A stretch of 64,000 bases of DNA, taken from a virus. Its lineage: Duplodnaviria > Heunggongvirae > Uroviricota > Caudoviricetes. The stretch spans positions 33,363 through 97,362 of IMG/VR virus record IMGVR_UViG_3300025018_000115. One strand, written 5' to 3'. The notes under the pieces were generated by a model. That model made no database searches and had not been told where the DNA came from. It was given only the letters and a program-made list of their open reading frames with translations. Of this stretch, positions 29,001 to 38,900 are shown piece by piece (the stretch's first letter is position 1; each line of letters opens with the position of its first letter). The position numbers and the translations under genes are program-made.

Positions 29001-29637
29001 ATATTTGCAGCAATTAAAGGATTCAGTTCTCGATGAAAACGGAAACTACAGAAGTTCTATCTATGCAAAATACTATAGTAACCTTTCGAAGAACAAAGAT
29101 GCACAAAAAGCAAGTGCAGAAAGCGTTGTTCTTCAGGATGCCCTTAATTCAGAGAATGCCGCATATAGAAACTATGATAAAAGTCAACCATTTTCTGCTG
29201 CAACAACAAAAGATAAAGCTCAGATGGAAAGTGACGCTGCCAAATACCCACAAACTCAAACAACTACTCAAACTACTCAAACGTCATCTGCACCACCTCC
29301 TTATACCCCAGCTTCAACACAAGTAGATTCAACACAAGCAAGATATGCCGAAATACAGAAACAAATTGACGCTACCAAAAAAGCTGCTGAAGATTTGTCA
29401 AAAAGAATCAACGACTATGCTGCTTCAAAGAATGTTGTTCACCCAACAACCACAACTCCATCGAATACAAACACTAGTGGTTACTCAGGAGTTTCTGTAC
29501 AGGATTATCTAACGAGCACTGGGGCTGATGGTTCCTACGCCAATAGGGCAAAAATGGCGCAGAATTATGGCATCTCCAATTACTCAGGAACACCAGAGCA
29601 AAACACTTCTCTTCTAACAAAATTGAGGGGATATTAA
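26077..29637 (+). CDS. large virion-associated protein with two PG_binding_1-like peptidoglycan-binding domains
   Basis: GPGSTGxDVxRLQQWLxSQGYMTQxQMxTGPGTYGPQTTAAVAAWQNAxGIDTQGNPGYFGPISR is duplicated. A duplicated N-terminal module, low-complexity Pro/Thr/Gly linkers and a long helical C-terminal part are also present. Confidence 0.6.
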   Translation: MANIGQTQFYKVTQNGVDTYTSLPWAGNVPYGYTPISQEQYVQGLNSKIKEAQDFIDKYEQKNGSLSWTPKDKTNWKGNNYVGATYNQRDIDNFKAQIAQAPAVAQQMDPSMAKFKPNAPTTSEQYYTDEYRASLPVQEQERLNKLYGQTNAIVSNAGTTNANEVTPGNFANSNVKKPDGVGSTVYYKTPNAGTSNEYVAVPYSGNVPYGYQEITQEQYVKGMQDKIAEAQNFQKNYMTGTEYMKTHPGERKTATGYYDSNGRQFIGQAYNSEMINDLQNKLAQVQSNANLNTMGYVADPVTGKLTTQSSLDQKAELQAGVANGTMREISPGVYVPVGSPADQNFLGQTPATGQTANAGGIQGGPGVASNMGPGSTGADVQRLQQWLVSQGYMTQDQMNTGPGTYGPQTTAAVAAWQNASGIDTQGNPGYFGPISRSFFASGNAGTPGTTPGTTPGTTPGTTPTNAFDNPTSGTTPGNTTGTTSGAATGITDPGVSSNMGPGSTGEDVKRLQQWLISQGYMTQAQMDTGPGTYGPQTTAAVAAWQNANGIDTQGNPGYFGPISRTFITNSANSAGPNAGGTTPGDTTGGTPGDTTGGTPGDTTGGTPGDTTGGTNTGGTNTGGTNTGGTDTGAGTDTGAGTGNAFDDPGTTTTSAYGYGLNDKPDDSAAFTEERFIQKVAGDKGIVSSAFLDTLGSDVIAFYVRALTSRGGYTLGDVLNDMKRREMASQGNEAAKNLKIIDPEMSRSEYLATAEGQKSINDTASMIPTSSLQGLLDPEILKYGSNIPEELFKTLVPILDKDSQEFKDAVANIKSAYYDLANQQLQASTEQEKAVADYNYQQFKDQLNRSYGIALSDDATKAWAQIEGLQDTMASRGISGSGIESEGIDSALRQTRMQDQRLRQEKLTKEEQEMAAQYMTSATPAQIKALNDEDAAKGLPKDLWRAVKWGLVPSDDVLAQYDMAALKERYPDQSEEYLQQLKDSVLDENGNYRSSIYAKYYSNLSKNKDAQKASAESVVLQDALNSENAAYRNYDKSQPFSAATTKDKAQMESDAAKYPQTQTTTQTTQTSSAPPPYTPASTQVDSTQARYAEIQKQIDATKKAAEDLSKRINDYAASKNVVHPTTTTPSNTNTSGYSGVSVQDYLTSTGADGSYANRAKMAQNYGISNYSGTPEQNTSLLTKLRGY
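27409..27960 (+). repeat. short in-frame tandem repeats encoding (TTPG)n, (GTPGDTTG)n and (TNTGG)n linkers
   Basis: Several GGAACAACTCCA and ACAGGAGGAACACCAGGTGATACA units recur. Confidence 0.6.
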
Positions 29638-29638
29638 G

Positions 29639-29656
29639 AAAGGACTATGGTATTAT
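29639..29656 (+). promoter_or_regulatory. extended -10 promoter AAGGACTATGGTATTATA
   Basis: Same motif family, just upstream of the HNH gene. Confidence 0.4.
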
Positions 29657-29662
29657 ATATCT

Positions 29663-30382
29663 ATGGAATTGAATATAGAAAAAATAATATCTAGGATACC
29701 TTCTATTGAGTCAAGACAAAAAAACAGGCTCTCTCATTTAGGAAAGAAGCATAGCTTAGAAACACGAGCAAAATTAAGTATTATTTCGTCTGGACGAATT
29801 CATTCAAAGGAAACTCGTGTAAAAATATCTGACACCAAAAAAGGAGTCAAATTTTCTGATCAACATAAAAAAAATATATCAGAAGCAAAAAAAGGCTCTA
29901 TTCCGTGGAATAAGGGGAAGAAAGGTGTCCAGGTTAGCACAAAAAAAGGAATAAAGTTATCTGAGGAAGCAAGAAAGAAATTAAGTACATCTCATCTGGG
30001 CATCAAACCTTCACTTGAAAGCAATAGAAAAAGAAGCCTGGCAATGAAAGAAAAAGGTGTTCGCCCTCCTGTTATGTTTGGAGAAAAAAATCCTAGTTGG
30101 AAGGGTGGGGTAACTCCTGAAACTAAAAAAATAAGGAATAGTGTGGAAATGGACATCTGGAGAAAGTCTTGTCTAGAGAGAGATGATTTTACTTGTCAAA
30201 AGACAGGACAAATAGGAGGAAAGTTAGCTGTTCATCATATTAATAATTTTTCAGATTTTCCAGAATTACGTATGGATATCAACAATGGAATCACGTTATC
30301 TTATATATCTCATAATAAGTTTCACAAAAAATACGGAAAAAAGAACAATACAAGAGAACAATTAAATGAATTTCTAAAATGA
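29663..30382 (+). CDS. HNH homing endonuclease with NUMOD3-like repeats
   Basis: HSLETRAKLS, HSKETRVKIS and HKKNISEAKKG repeats. The C-terminal motif is AVHHINNFSDFPELRMDINNGITLSYISHNKFHKKYG. Confidence 0.7.
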   Translation: MELNIEKIISRIPSIESRQKNRLSHLGKKHSLETRAKLSIISSGRIHSKETRVKISDTKKGVKFSDQHKKNISEAKKGSIPWNKGKKGVQVSTKKGIKLSEEARKKLSTSHLGIKPSLESNRKRSLAMKEKGVRPPVMFGEKNPSWKGGVTPETKKIRNSVEMDIWRKSCLERDDFTCQKTGQIGGKLAVHHINNFSDFPELRMDINNGITLSYISHNKFHKKYGKKNNTREQLNEFLK

Positions 30383-30783
30383 ATCCAAATTATTTTAAAA
30401 ACTTAGGAAGATTAACAACCCCTTTTGGAGGAAAAACAAGAGGAGAATCTTCACATAAAGGGATAGATATTGCGAATAAGACGGGGACTCTAATCCCCGC
30501 TTTTGCCGATGGTGTTGTACAGGGAGTTGGACCGACACAAAACGGAATGGGGAATGTTATAGTCATGAAAGACAACGGGGGGAATGTACATCAATATGGT
30601 CATTTGCAAAACTCATTAGTTAAACCAGGTTCTGTTGTTAAAAAAGGTCAACCTATAGCAAAAATGGGGGCTACAGGGAATACATATAGTCCATCTGGAG
30701 GAGATCCAAGTCATCTTGATTTAAGGATTGCTACAGCTTATGGAAAATGGAAGAACCCCATGACATATTTACGTAATTTATAA
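30379..30783 (+). CDS. M23 family peptidase (LytM-like)
   Basis: HKGIDI for HxxxD, NVHQYGHL and SHLDLR for the HxH-type motif. Confidence 0.7.
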   Translation: MNPNYFKNLGRLTTPFGGKTRGESSHKGIDIANKTGTLIPAFADGVVQGVGPTQNGMGNVIVMKDNGGNVHQYGHLQNSLVKPGSVVKKGQPIAKMGATGNTYSPSGGDPSHLDLRIATAYGKWKNPMTYLRNL

Positions 30784-30787
30784 AAAA

Positions 30788-32920
30788 ATGGACAAAGACA
30801 ACAATAAAAGAAAAATAGACCTAATGAAGTCAATTTTAACTAACAAGGAGCTTTCAAAGACCTTTAAAGAAGCAATGAGTTCTCCTATTGGAAGTACCAA
30901 ACGACAACAGGTAAAATCAATAGTGTCAATAATGAATAAAGTGGGCGGTGTGAAAAGCGATGGGCAGGGTGGTCCAGTTATGCCGCCAGCACCACAAAAA
31001 AGTAATACTCCAGATTACAGTAATTTGATGATCTTTCCTGCTGTCAGGTTAAAGGCAAAAGCTCCTGTACAACAATCAACCCCTCAATCACAGGCCCAAG
31101 ATGGCCAAGGTGGTGCTTTTGACTATAGCGGAAAACCATCTCCTTATGCTTCAATGAACTTTTCGACTTCAAATTTATCGGGAAATTCTTCAAACAACGT
31201 CAGCAGTTACTCCCCAGACAACGGAACTGATTATAGCAAACTGACAGTATCTTCTTCACCAAAAGTAAAGCCATCTGTATATGCAGGAATGACTTTTCCA
31301 ACAACATACACTGATGTAAAAGATAAATATGGGAATTATCTATACACAAAAGAAGACAAGTCTTTATCTGGACTAGATAATCCTCCTGCATCTAGCACGA
31401 AAACAAGCACAGCAGGGCCATCAAACACCTTTAATCAAAATGCTACAGTAGAAAATGGAGCGTTGAGTCCTTCAGGAAGCACGGTTACCTCTCCATCAAC
31501 AGCAACTTCAGGAACAGCAACTACGTCAACAGGATCATCAAATATTTCTCAGTATGGAAATCTTTCATCAAAAGTTTACACTCCAGCTCCACCTATAGTT
31601 TCATCTCCTGCAGATAAAATAAAATTGAGTGCTCAATCAGCTGTGGACCAAGGAACGGGCCCTGGTCTTTTTGCAAAAACAACTGCGGATGAAAAATTCG
31701 GCGGAGGTATTGACCAATATATCGCAGACCTTGATGAAAAACTCAAGAAAGATTTCAACCTAACTGGACTAGAGAATGAATTAACCACGTTAAAGAACCA
31801 GAAGAAAAATTTCATTCCTACTCTTACACAATATGTGCAGGGGAAAGATGAGTATTTGGGCTTTATCAATGAGATGATTGACCAAACAGAGGCTCAATTA
31901 TTAAAAGAAGATATGGGGAATCCAGCTGTAGCAAACTCTTATAATAATTATTTGAGTTATTTGTACACGCTTAAAGGACGACAGAACCAAAGATATGGTA
32001 ACTTCCTTGATTCAGCTATCACAGAATACAATACAGATGTAGAGAATACACAAAGTCATTATGATAATGTGTACAAGAGATACAGTGAAGCAATAACGCG
32101 ACAAGGTACAATAGCGCAGAATGAATACAACAATCTATATAACACGATGGCTGATTTATATACAAACCTAGAAGAAGCCCCAAATAAATTACTGACAACA
32201 CAGCTGATGCAGCAACAACTAGCTGCTGCCCGAACAGCAAATGCTAAAAGCGGATTACAAACAGGAACATTAGATGAGGACTATTATAAAAACCTAGCAA
32301 CCTATTCGAAAGACATCACAGATAGTGAGGGAGGATTGGACTTCACAAAAATACCAAATAATGGGCTGACTGGATTCTTTGAACAGAATTATATTTCAGG
32401 AGGAAGTGAGGCGGCAATGACAGAAGCAATTAGAAGAGCGATAGCAAAAACACTTGAATTGAACCAGGGGGACCAGACAGTTATCGATAAGGTAAAAAAA
32501 CTGAATGATGATTTTTCCAAAAATACAGGTACTGGAGCAAGTAATATTAGTTCAGTCTTTAATACAACCTACTCACAGGGTGCCTCAAAAAATTATGAAT
32601 CTATAATTGAGCCTAAAATAAGCGATGTTCAGACAGCTGTACATGATCTTGTTACAAGTGGAAGCGGATTCTTATGGACAGGAATTGGGGCTAGACAACC
32701 TGGACTAAAAGACAAAAATGGATGGATAAATGATTGGAAAGGCAAGCTTGGGGAAACGTTCCTAGAAGATCTGTATACCACAATAGCAAATAATGTTAGT
32801 CCGGATGAAGTTACAAAATATAGTGAGGATCCTAATAGTCTACTATCTCAAATATTCCAAGGAGCCACTGACAAAGATAAAGCAAAAAGTCTTGCTTATA
32901 TAATGTCAATATCATCATAA
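30788..32920 (+). CDS. hypothetical large virion protein, Ser/Thr-rich N-terminal half and helical C-terminal half
   Basis: A 710-aa ORF. Confidence 0.5.
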   Translation: MDKDNNKRKIDLMKSILTNKELSKTFKEAMSSPIGSTKRQQVKSIVSIMNKVGGVKSDGQGGPVMPPAPQKSNTPDYSNLMIFPAVRLKAKAPVQQSTPQSQAQDGQGGAFDYSGKPSPYASMNFSTSNLSGNSSNNVSSYSPDNGTDYSKLTVSSSPKVKPSVYAGMTFPTTYTDVKDKYGNYLYTKEDKSLSGLDNPPASSTKTSTAGPSNTFNQNATVENGALSPSGSTVTSPSTATSGTATTSTGSSNISQYGNLSSKVYTPAPPIVSSPADKIKLSAQSAVDQGTGPGLFAKTTADEKFGGGIDQYIADLDEKLKKDFNLTGLENELTTLKNQKKNFIPTLTQYVQGKDEYLGFINEMIDQTEAQLLKEDMGNPAVANSYNNYLSYLYTLKGRQNQRYGNFLDSAITEYNTDVENTQSHYDNVYKRYSEAITRQGTIAQNEYNNLYNTMADLYTNLEEAPNKLLTTQLMQQQLAAARTANAKSGLQTGTLDEDYYKNLATYSKDITDSEGGLDFTKIPNNGLTGFFEQNYISGGSEAAMTEAIRRAIAKTLELNQGDQTVIDKVKKLNDDFSKNTGTGASNISSVFNTTYSQGASKNYESIIEPKISDVQTAVHDLVTSGSGFLWTGIGARQPGLKDKNGWINDWKGKLGETFLEDLYTTIANNVSPDEVTKYSEDPNSLLSQIFQGATDKDKAKSLAYIMSISS

Positions 32921-32926
32921 TAACAT

Positions 32927-35900
32927 ATGGCAAACATAGAAGAGAATACAAGTTATAATACAGAAGGGGCTTCGCAAAAACCACTTGCGAACCTTTCTAA
33001 TACAGCAAAAACTGTTTCAGAACCAGCTGACACAAGGTCAATTTTTATGCCTCATTATAAACCAGAGGCTTTTGACAAATTATTTGGTAAATCTGCACCC
33101 GTGGCGACTGATTGGGCGACCCCAGTCAACAAGCCACTTTATGAAACATCTAGTTCTAATACACAACCTATCCCTAGCGACTATACACAGTTCGTTCCAG
33201 CAGATAAAAATGGAAAATGGGTGAATCCAACCGATACAGCAGAATTTAGAAACTGGCCAACCGCTCTCGGCGGAGGACAATACGTAATTGATCCATCTCA
33301 GAAGGGTCAATTGATAAAGTCGGCTCGTACAATAATGGAGAATGATATTAACCCTGGTGCTAAACAGGCTATTTTAGGTAAAAAATCTCCAAGTTTGTAT
33401 CAGGTTGACCACATCGTTCCTTTGTGGTTAGGCGGGGCAGATACACTCCAAAACTTACAGGTTTTAGATAATATTACTCACCAAGAAAAAACAGCTGTAC
33501 AAGCCGTTGCCTTAACCCTACTAGCAAACAATAAAATAGACCTTAACGATGCGAAAGTGATGGCATTGACATGGAAAGACAAAGACCCTAAGGGGATAAC
33601 CGTTGACGATAAGGGGTATGTTGACCTTAAAACAGCTGAAAAAGTATCAGAAAAATGGAAAAATGATGTAAGTAATCCAAGCATGTGGAAATTCTTTGGA
33701 GAAAGTTTCAAAGAAAACATGTCTAATTTTGGTAAGGACATACCGGTCTTGGGAGAATTCGCAAAAGGATTAGTTGCTGGGGGAACGGCTAATATGTTAG
33801 AGGGGACAGGACCAAGAGAGGAATCAGGGAAAGTCGGTGCTGTTTCAAACTTTGCAGGAAACCTTGTGGGAACAATAACGGGACTTGGTTTGTTGAGTAA
33901 GGGGATAGGATCATTAAAAGTAGCAGCTGGTTTAGGAAAAGCAACAGCTCTTTCTGCAGATGCAATGAAAGCGGCTGGACTAGCTACCGACTATGGAGCA
34001 TTAACAGCAAAAGGAGCGGCAAGCAGTGCACGAGGTACTATTCTAAAAAAAATGGCATCTTCAGCAGGGCTTCTTGGTCTATGGGGACAGATAGGAACAA
34101 CAGGACGAGAAGCAATTAACAAAGATGTTGATTTCGAAATGAAGAACCACATGACTCAGTTTTTTACTGATGTCGCTTTTGGAGGTCTTCTTGGCGCCGC
34201 TGGACAAAACGTAAAGGGATATGCAACAGTTGGACTTGGAAGTACGGTATTTTCTCTTTTTGAACAATCTGCATCTGGACATGATCCAGATATTGTTTCT
34301 GCGCTACAAGATGGGGCAATAATGACAGCGCTACATGGAATGGGTTATAAAAGGGGGATGATTGACCCTAAAAAAATGGCAGGTAACGAAGAAGCTTACA
34401 AAATGTCTGCGTCTACAATGAATGATTATGTTGGTGATATTATGCCAACCGTAAAGAAGGGTCAGAAGGTTCCTGAAATATTACGGCTTGATTTGCCAAA
34501 GGTTGATCAGATGAGGGTTGAAATGCAACAAAAATATCCATATGACCAGAGATTTAGTAACATGCCAGCTATTACAAGTAATGCTGAAGCAGTTAATTTT
34601 ATAGAACAAGCTGCAAAAAGAGAACTTGGGAACACCATTTCAAGAAGTAATGGAACAATTCCAATAGAAGATATTAAGAAAGAAATGACCAGAATAACTC
34701 TGGCAAAAAATCAACTTGCCAACCAGACACTTCCTCCCTCAGAAAGAGTACAAAAGGAATGGAAAGATCTTCTATCTATGGGTGAAAAATTACGCCCAAA
34801 TCTAAACTCTAACAATCTGAGAGGGAGTATTGATGCTACAAAAATGCTAGAAAAAGTTCCGGCAGATATGCCTAATGTTATTTACGGTAATCCATCAGGG
34901 AAAAAATTCCCAACCGGGAACATGCCCTCTACTGGCTATGAAGACAAGGTGGATGTTAAATCAAAAGGAACGATTACTGATCTATATGACAAACCTAATG
35001 ATTTTTCAGAAAAATTGTTCATAGTGAAAGACCCTGAGACAGCAAAGATAATGAGAATCATAGCTCATGAGCAATCACTTGATCCTAAAAGGTATCCAAA
35101 AGGTCCAACAGTGGGTAATCCAGACGAAGCATTGCGTATTTTTGCAATGGCAAAAACACCTAACGGAACTGAAATACGTCCCGCCGGGTTTGTTCCACGT
35201 GAACAAAGTTATACAAAAGAAAACAACCTAAACAAAACATACAGTCAAATAACAGACCGCCTAAAGAATATAATTAAAAAATCAGAGAGCGCTGATGATT
35301 TGTTCGCAAAACTTTCGAAGGACAGGTCAAAGGTGAATATAACAAAAGAAGAAGCTATTAAAATCTTTGCCAGCAAGGATACAGCAATGTCAATGAATGG
35401 GGAAGAAATAAGAAAGCTACTAAAAACATCTGATGCATTTGAGAAGTATGATCAAGGTCTTAACAACTCTGAGATATCAAAAGCAATGGATGAAAACGAT
35501 TTGAATGTTCTTGTTGTGAGCAAGGATAAAGTTCTTCCTGTCGGAGATGCTGTCAACCGAGCAAATCCAGATAATCCATATCTTTCTCTCAATCTTAACG
35601 AGCAAGATTGGTTGAGAAGTATTGCACTAAAAGAAGGGTCTGTTAGAAAGACAAACATTGATACCGGCATAGATAACATAGTCAACAAACAGAGGTCAGA
35701 AAATATCTCAAAAGGTGTTGGAAATGCAAAAACACTAATATCAGAGAATCCGACACAAGCACAGTTGCCTATGGTCGAAAAACCAGCTCTAAATACACCT
35801 GTTTCTGAAGCAAAAATGACCGTAGAGGCTCCTAAGACAGTAGGGATGGACAATGTTACCGAAAAGAAGAATACAGGCCCTATAAAGGAAGAAAAGGCCC

Positions 35901-38900
35901 CTGAGTTGAATGCTAAAGGAGAGCCAGAGACGATCGTAAATGAAAAACTTTTTGAAAAATTTGAACCATCTAAGCCGATAAACTCATCAGATGTAAGGTC
36001 AGAAATAGACGGCATTAACAGAGCAGCTGTAAAGGCAGTAGATAAAAAAATAAAAACACTTGATCTTAATACAAAGGAGGCAGAAGAACTTCAAAAATTC
36101 AAGGAGATGTTTACCAGAAAAAACATGGAAACTGTTGCCATAGATTCTCTCGAGAAGGCTTCTATGGATGAAATGAAGGGGGCTGAATTATATATAGACA
36201 GAATTTCAAAGGCATTCACAGGAAAGGGTCTAGAAGATCCAACAAAAGGACAAAAAAACAAACAGGCTTATAAAAAGCTATTTAGAGATTCCATACTAAA
36301 CAAAGAGAGTACGGTGTTCAAAGTTGGCGAAGATGGGAAAATGTCTATTGAGATAGCCAAGGGGAAGAAGCCTAAAAGTTACCTAGAAAGGACATTGCAG
36401 AAAGATACGGTCTACTACGAAGAAAACAATAATACAAAACTTCCTGACGAAGCCTCTAAAATAAATTTCCTTGTGGATAATGGATATGCTCCATATTATT
36501 ACGACAACAAACCAGGTAGTTTGATGGGTATTAAATATGACCCTGCTCTCGCTGGAGGTAAAAACATAAAAGAAAAAGGAGCTTTAAACGAATTCACAAC
36601 TAATATTGCTGAGCAACTCGGTATTAAGAAAGGGGAAGATTCTATTAATACATTCGCCAAACGATTAAAAAGTTTAAACAGCAGAGAGCAACAAAGTCCT
36701 ATTAAAGGGGAGACTTTTAAGACGTATATTATAAAAGACGAAACAGGGTTCAATAAGACAGTAGCTGAAACTACGCCAAACTGGGACAATATTAAAGTTC
36801 ATCCTTCTGTAAAAAATCCTGAGTTAGTTAAAAAAGAACTGGGAGAAAAAATGCACAATGACGGAAGCCAGTATTCATCACAAAAATTGATAAACAGACA
36901 CGCAGAAGGTATAGGAATGGAATATGCTCCAGAGTTTATAAAACCAACTCAATCTTTCAAGGCTGAGAACGGACAGGGCTTCCACCAGAAACTAGAATGG
37001 AGAGCATGGACAGAAGGGGAAAAAGCAAAATTTGAAAAAGAACTTGGAGTGAAACTAGGAGATTCAGATATTGTTACCTTCCCAGGTAACGTAAAAATCG
37101 GATACGAAAAAGTTGGGAAAGATATGGGGGGATACTGGGTTGTTGACTCTCCTTCTGAATCATTCAGCATTAAATACAAAGAACCACACGAGATGGCTGG
37201 AACAATCAGCATCGGAAGTATCCTGACAAAGATATCTCCAGAATCAGGACTCGGAGAGATTATGGGAAAACACTACGTTGATTATGCTAAAAAATTAAAA
37301 ACCTTAAGCGAAGAACTTCAGGGGGCAACCAGTTCTTTTGATATCGAAAAAATCTGGAAGAAATATCCTGAGTTTAATAAAGATGAATGGATGAACAATT
37401 TATTTGGAGACCTGAAGGCTTCTGCTGAACACGGAGCTGGTCTTGTTGAATTTGGAAAGACCATAAACAAGGAAATAAACAAACTTGTAACAGAGGATTA
37501 TTTGGGAGGTAAATTTATGAAAGGAGATAACCTTCATATAAAACCTGATATGGAAGTAAAGTTAGACCCCAAGACAGGCAAGAAAACATATATGGACTCT
37601 GGAGAGATTATGATTTCCAAAGATGTGTTCGAAGAGCTGTATGGAAAAGAAGCTCTCAAAGAGGCAATGAGTGGAAAGACATTCGAGGTCCTTGCCTTTC
37701 GATACCCAACCCTCAAGGATACTTCTGTTGCAAAAATGAAGGTTCTTATTGCAGAGATGCACGGAGAGAAGCTGGGTAAAACTCAGGTGATCACAAACTC
37801 TGCAGACACAATGAAGTTTGACCACGATACTGACGGAGATACGCTTCAAATGTTCGCCATTGGTGGCAAGGACGGAGTTCCTAACAAGGTTGCCAATTAC
37901 TTCAAAGCAAATGCAGCAGAGGGAGAAATGATTTTCCCAAATCTTAATAAGACTGCCAAGATCCCGTTCGATGGAGAGAAAACATTCGACAAGTTAATGG
38001 AATATAGCAAGCAGTCTCTAAAAGGGGGTAAGGCTATCGGTATCGCAGCTTCTAGCGCTCGGCCAATGAGGTTCCTGCGGGCAAACAAGTATGAGATGCG
38101 TGTTAGCGCTCCTGAAGGAAATAGCAGAACTATAGAACACACTTTAAACGGAACTGTTTTCGAAACAGAAAAGGTGCCCGTAAAAGCAAAAGACGGAAGT
38201 AATAATTTCGAAAAAAGTCCAAAAGGAGAATTCGTTGTAAAACCTGTTTTTGGAGACGAACAAAGTTATCTTATTGGACAGATTGGACAAGAAGCAGTTG
38301 ACTCAGTTGGAACAACGGACCTTATCAATAGGTTCAAAGGACATAATGGAGACGCTTCAAAGTATATTACTGAACAGCTGTACTCAAATGCTAGTGACGA
38401 TATCATAAAGAAAGAGCTTAGGAAGTTTACTTCCGAATTTCAGGTTCCATTCAAGTTTACAAATGACTCGGCTGATTCTATTCAAAAATTAGCCCCATAT
38501 ATTGAAAAGATAAAAAAAGTAAAAGAAGACGGAGGAACTCTAGGTCCTGTTGAGGAAATAGTTCTTAACCTGGACGGGATAAAGAAGATTGACCACTACT
38601 TCAAGAACGACGTGGCTCAAAGAGGAATTGACTCTGCAGGAAGAGAACAGGTTAATAAGGACTTCAGATATGAAGCCTTCAAGCCAGCCTCTCCCACCTT
38701 ACTAAAATGGAAAGAAATTGTTGTCTCTGTTGCCAATGATACCGGGATAGACTTCAATAAAAAGAAAAAAGCTCTAAAAACAGAATGGAATAAATTTAAA
38801 AAAGAGCACAAAATTGGAGAAGAAGAAAAGAAAGAGATAGCCATCTGGGCGGCACTTTCTCCAAACTCAAACCTTGGGTACGGGAAAATCATGGCTAGAC

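Noticed and set aside
35452-36015. 187-aa minus-strand ORF, with other antisense ORFs inside the giant 32927..39010 gene
   Set aside because: It is the antisense of a Lys/Glu-rich coding region. Its Ser/Phe-rich low-complexity translation is typical of spurious antisense ORFs.
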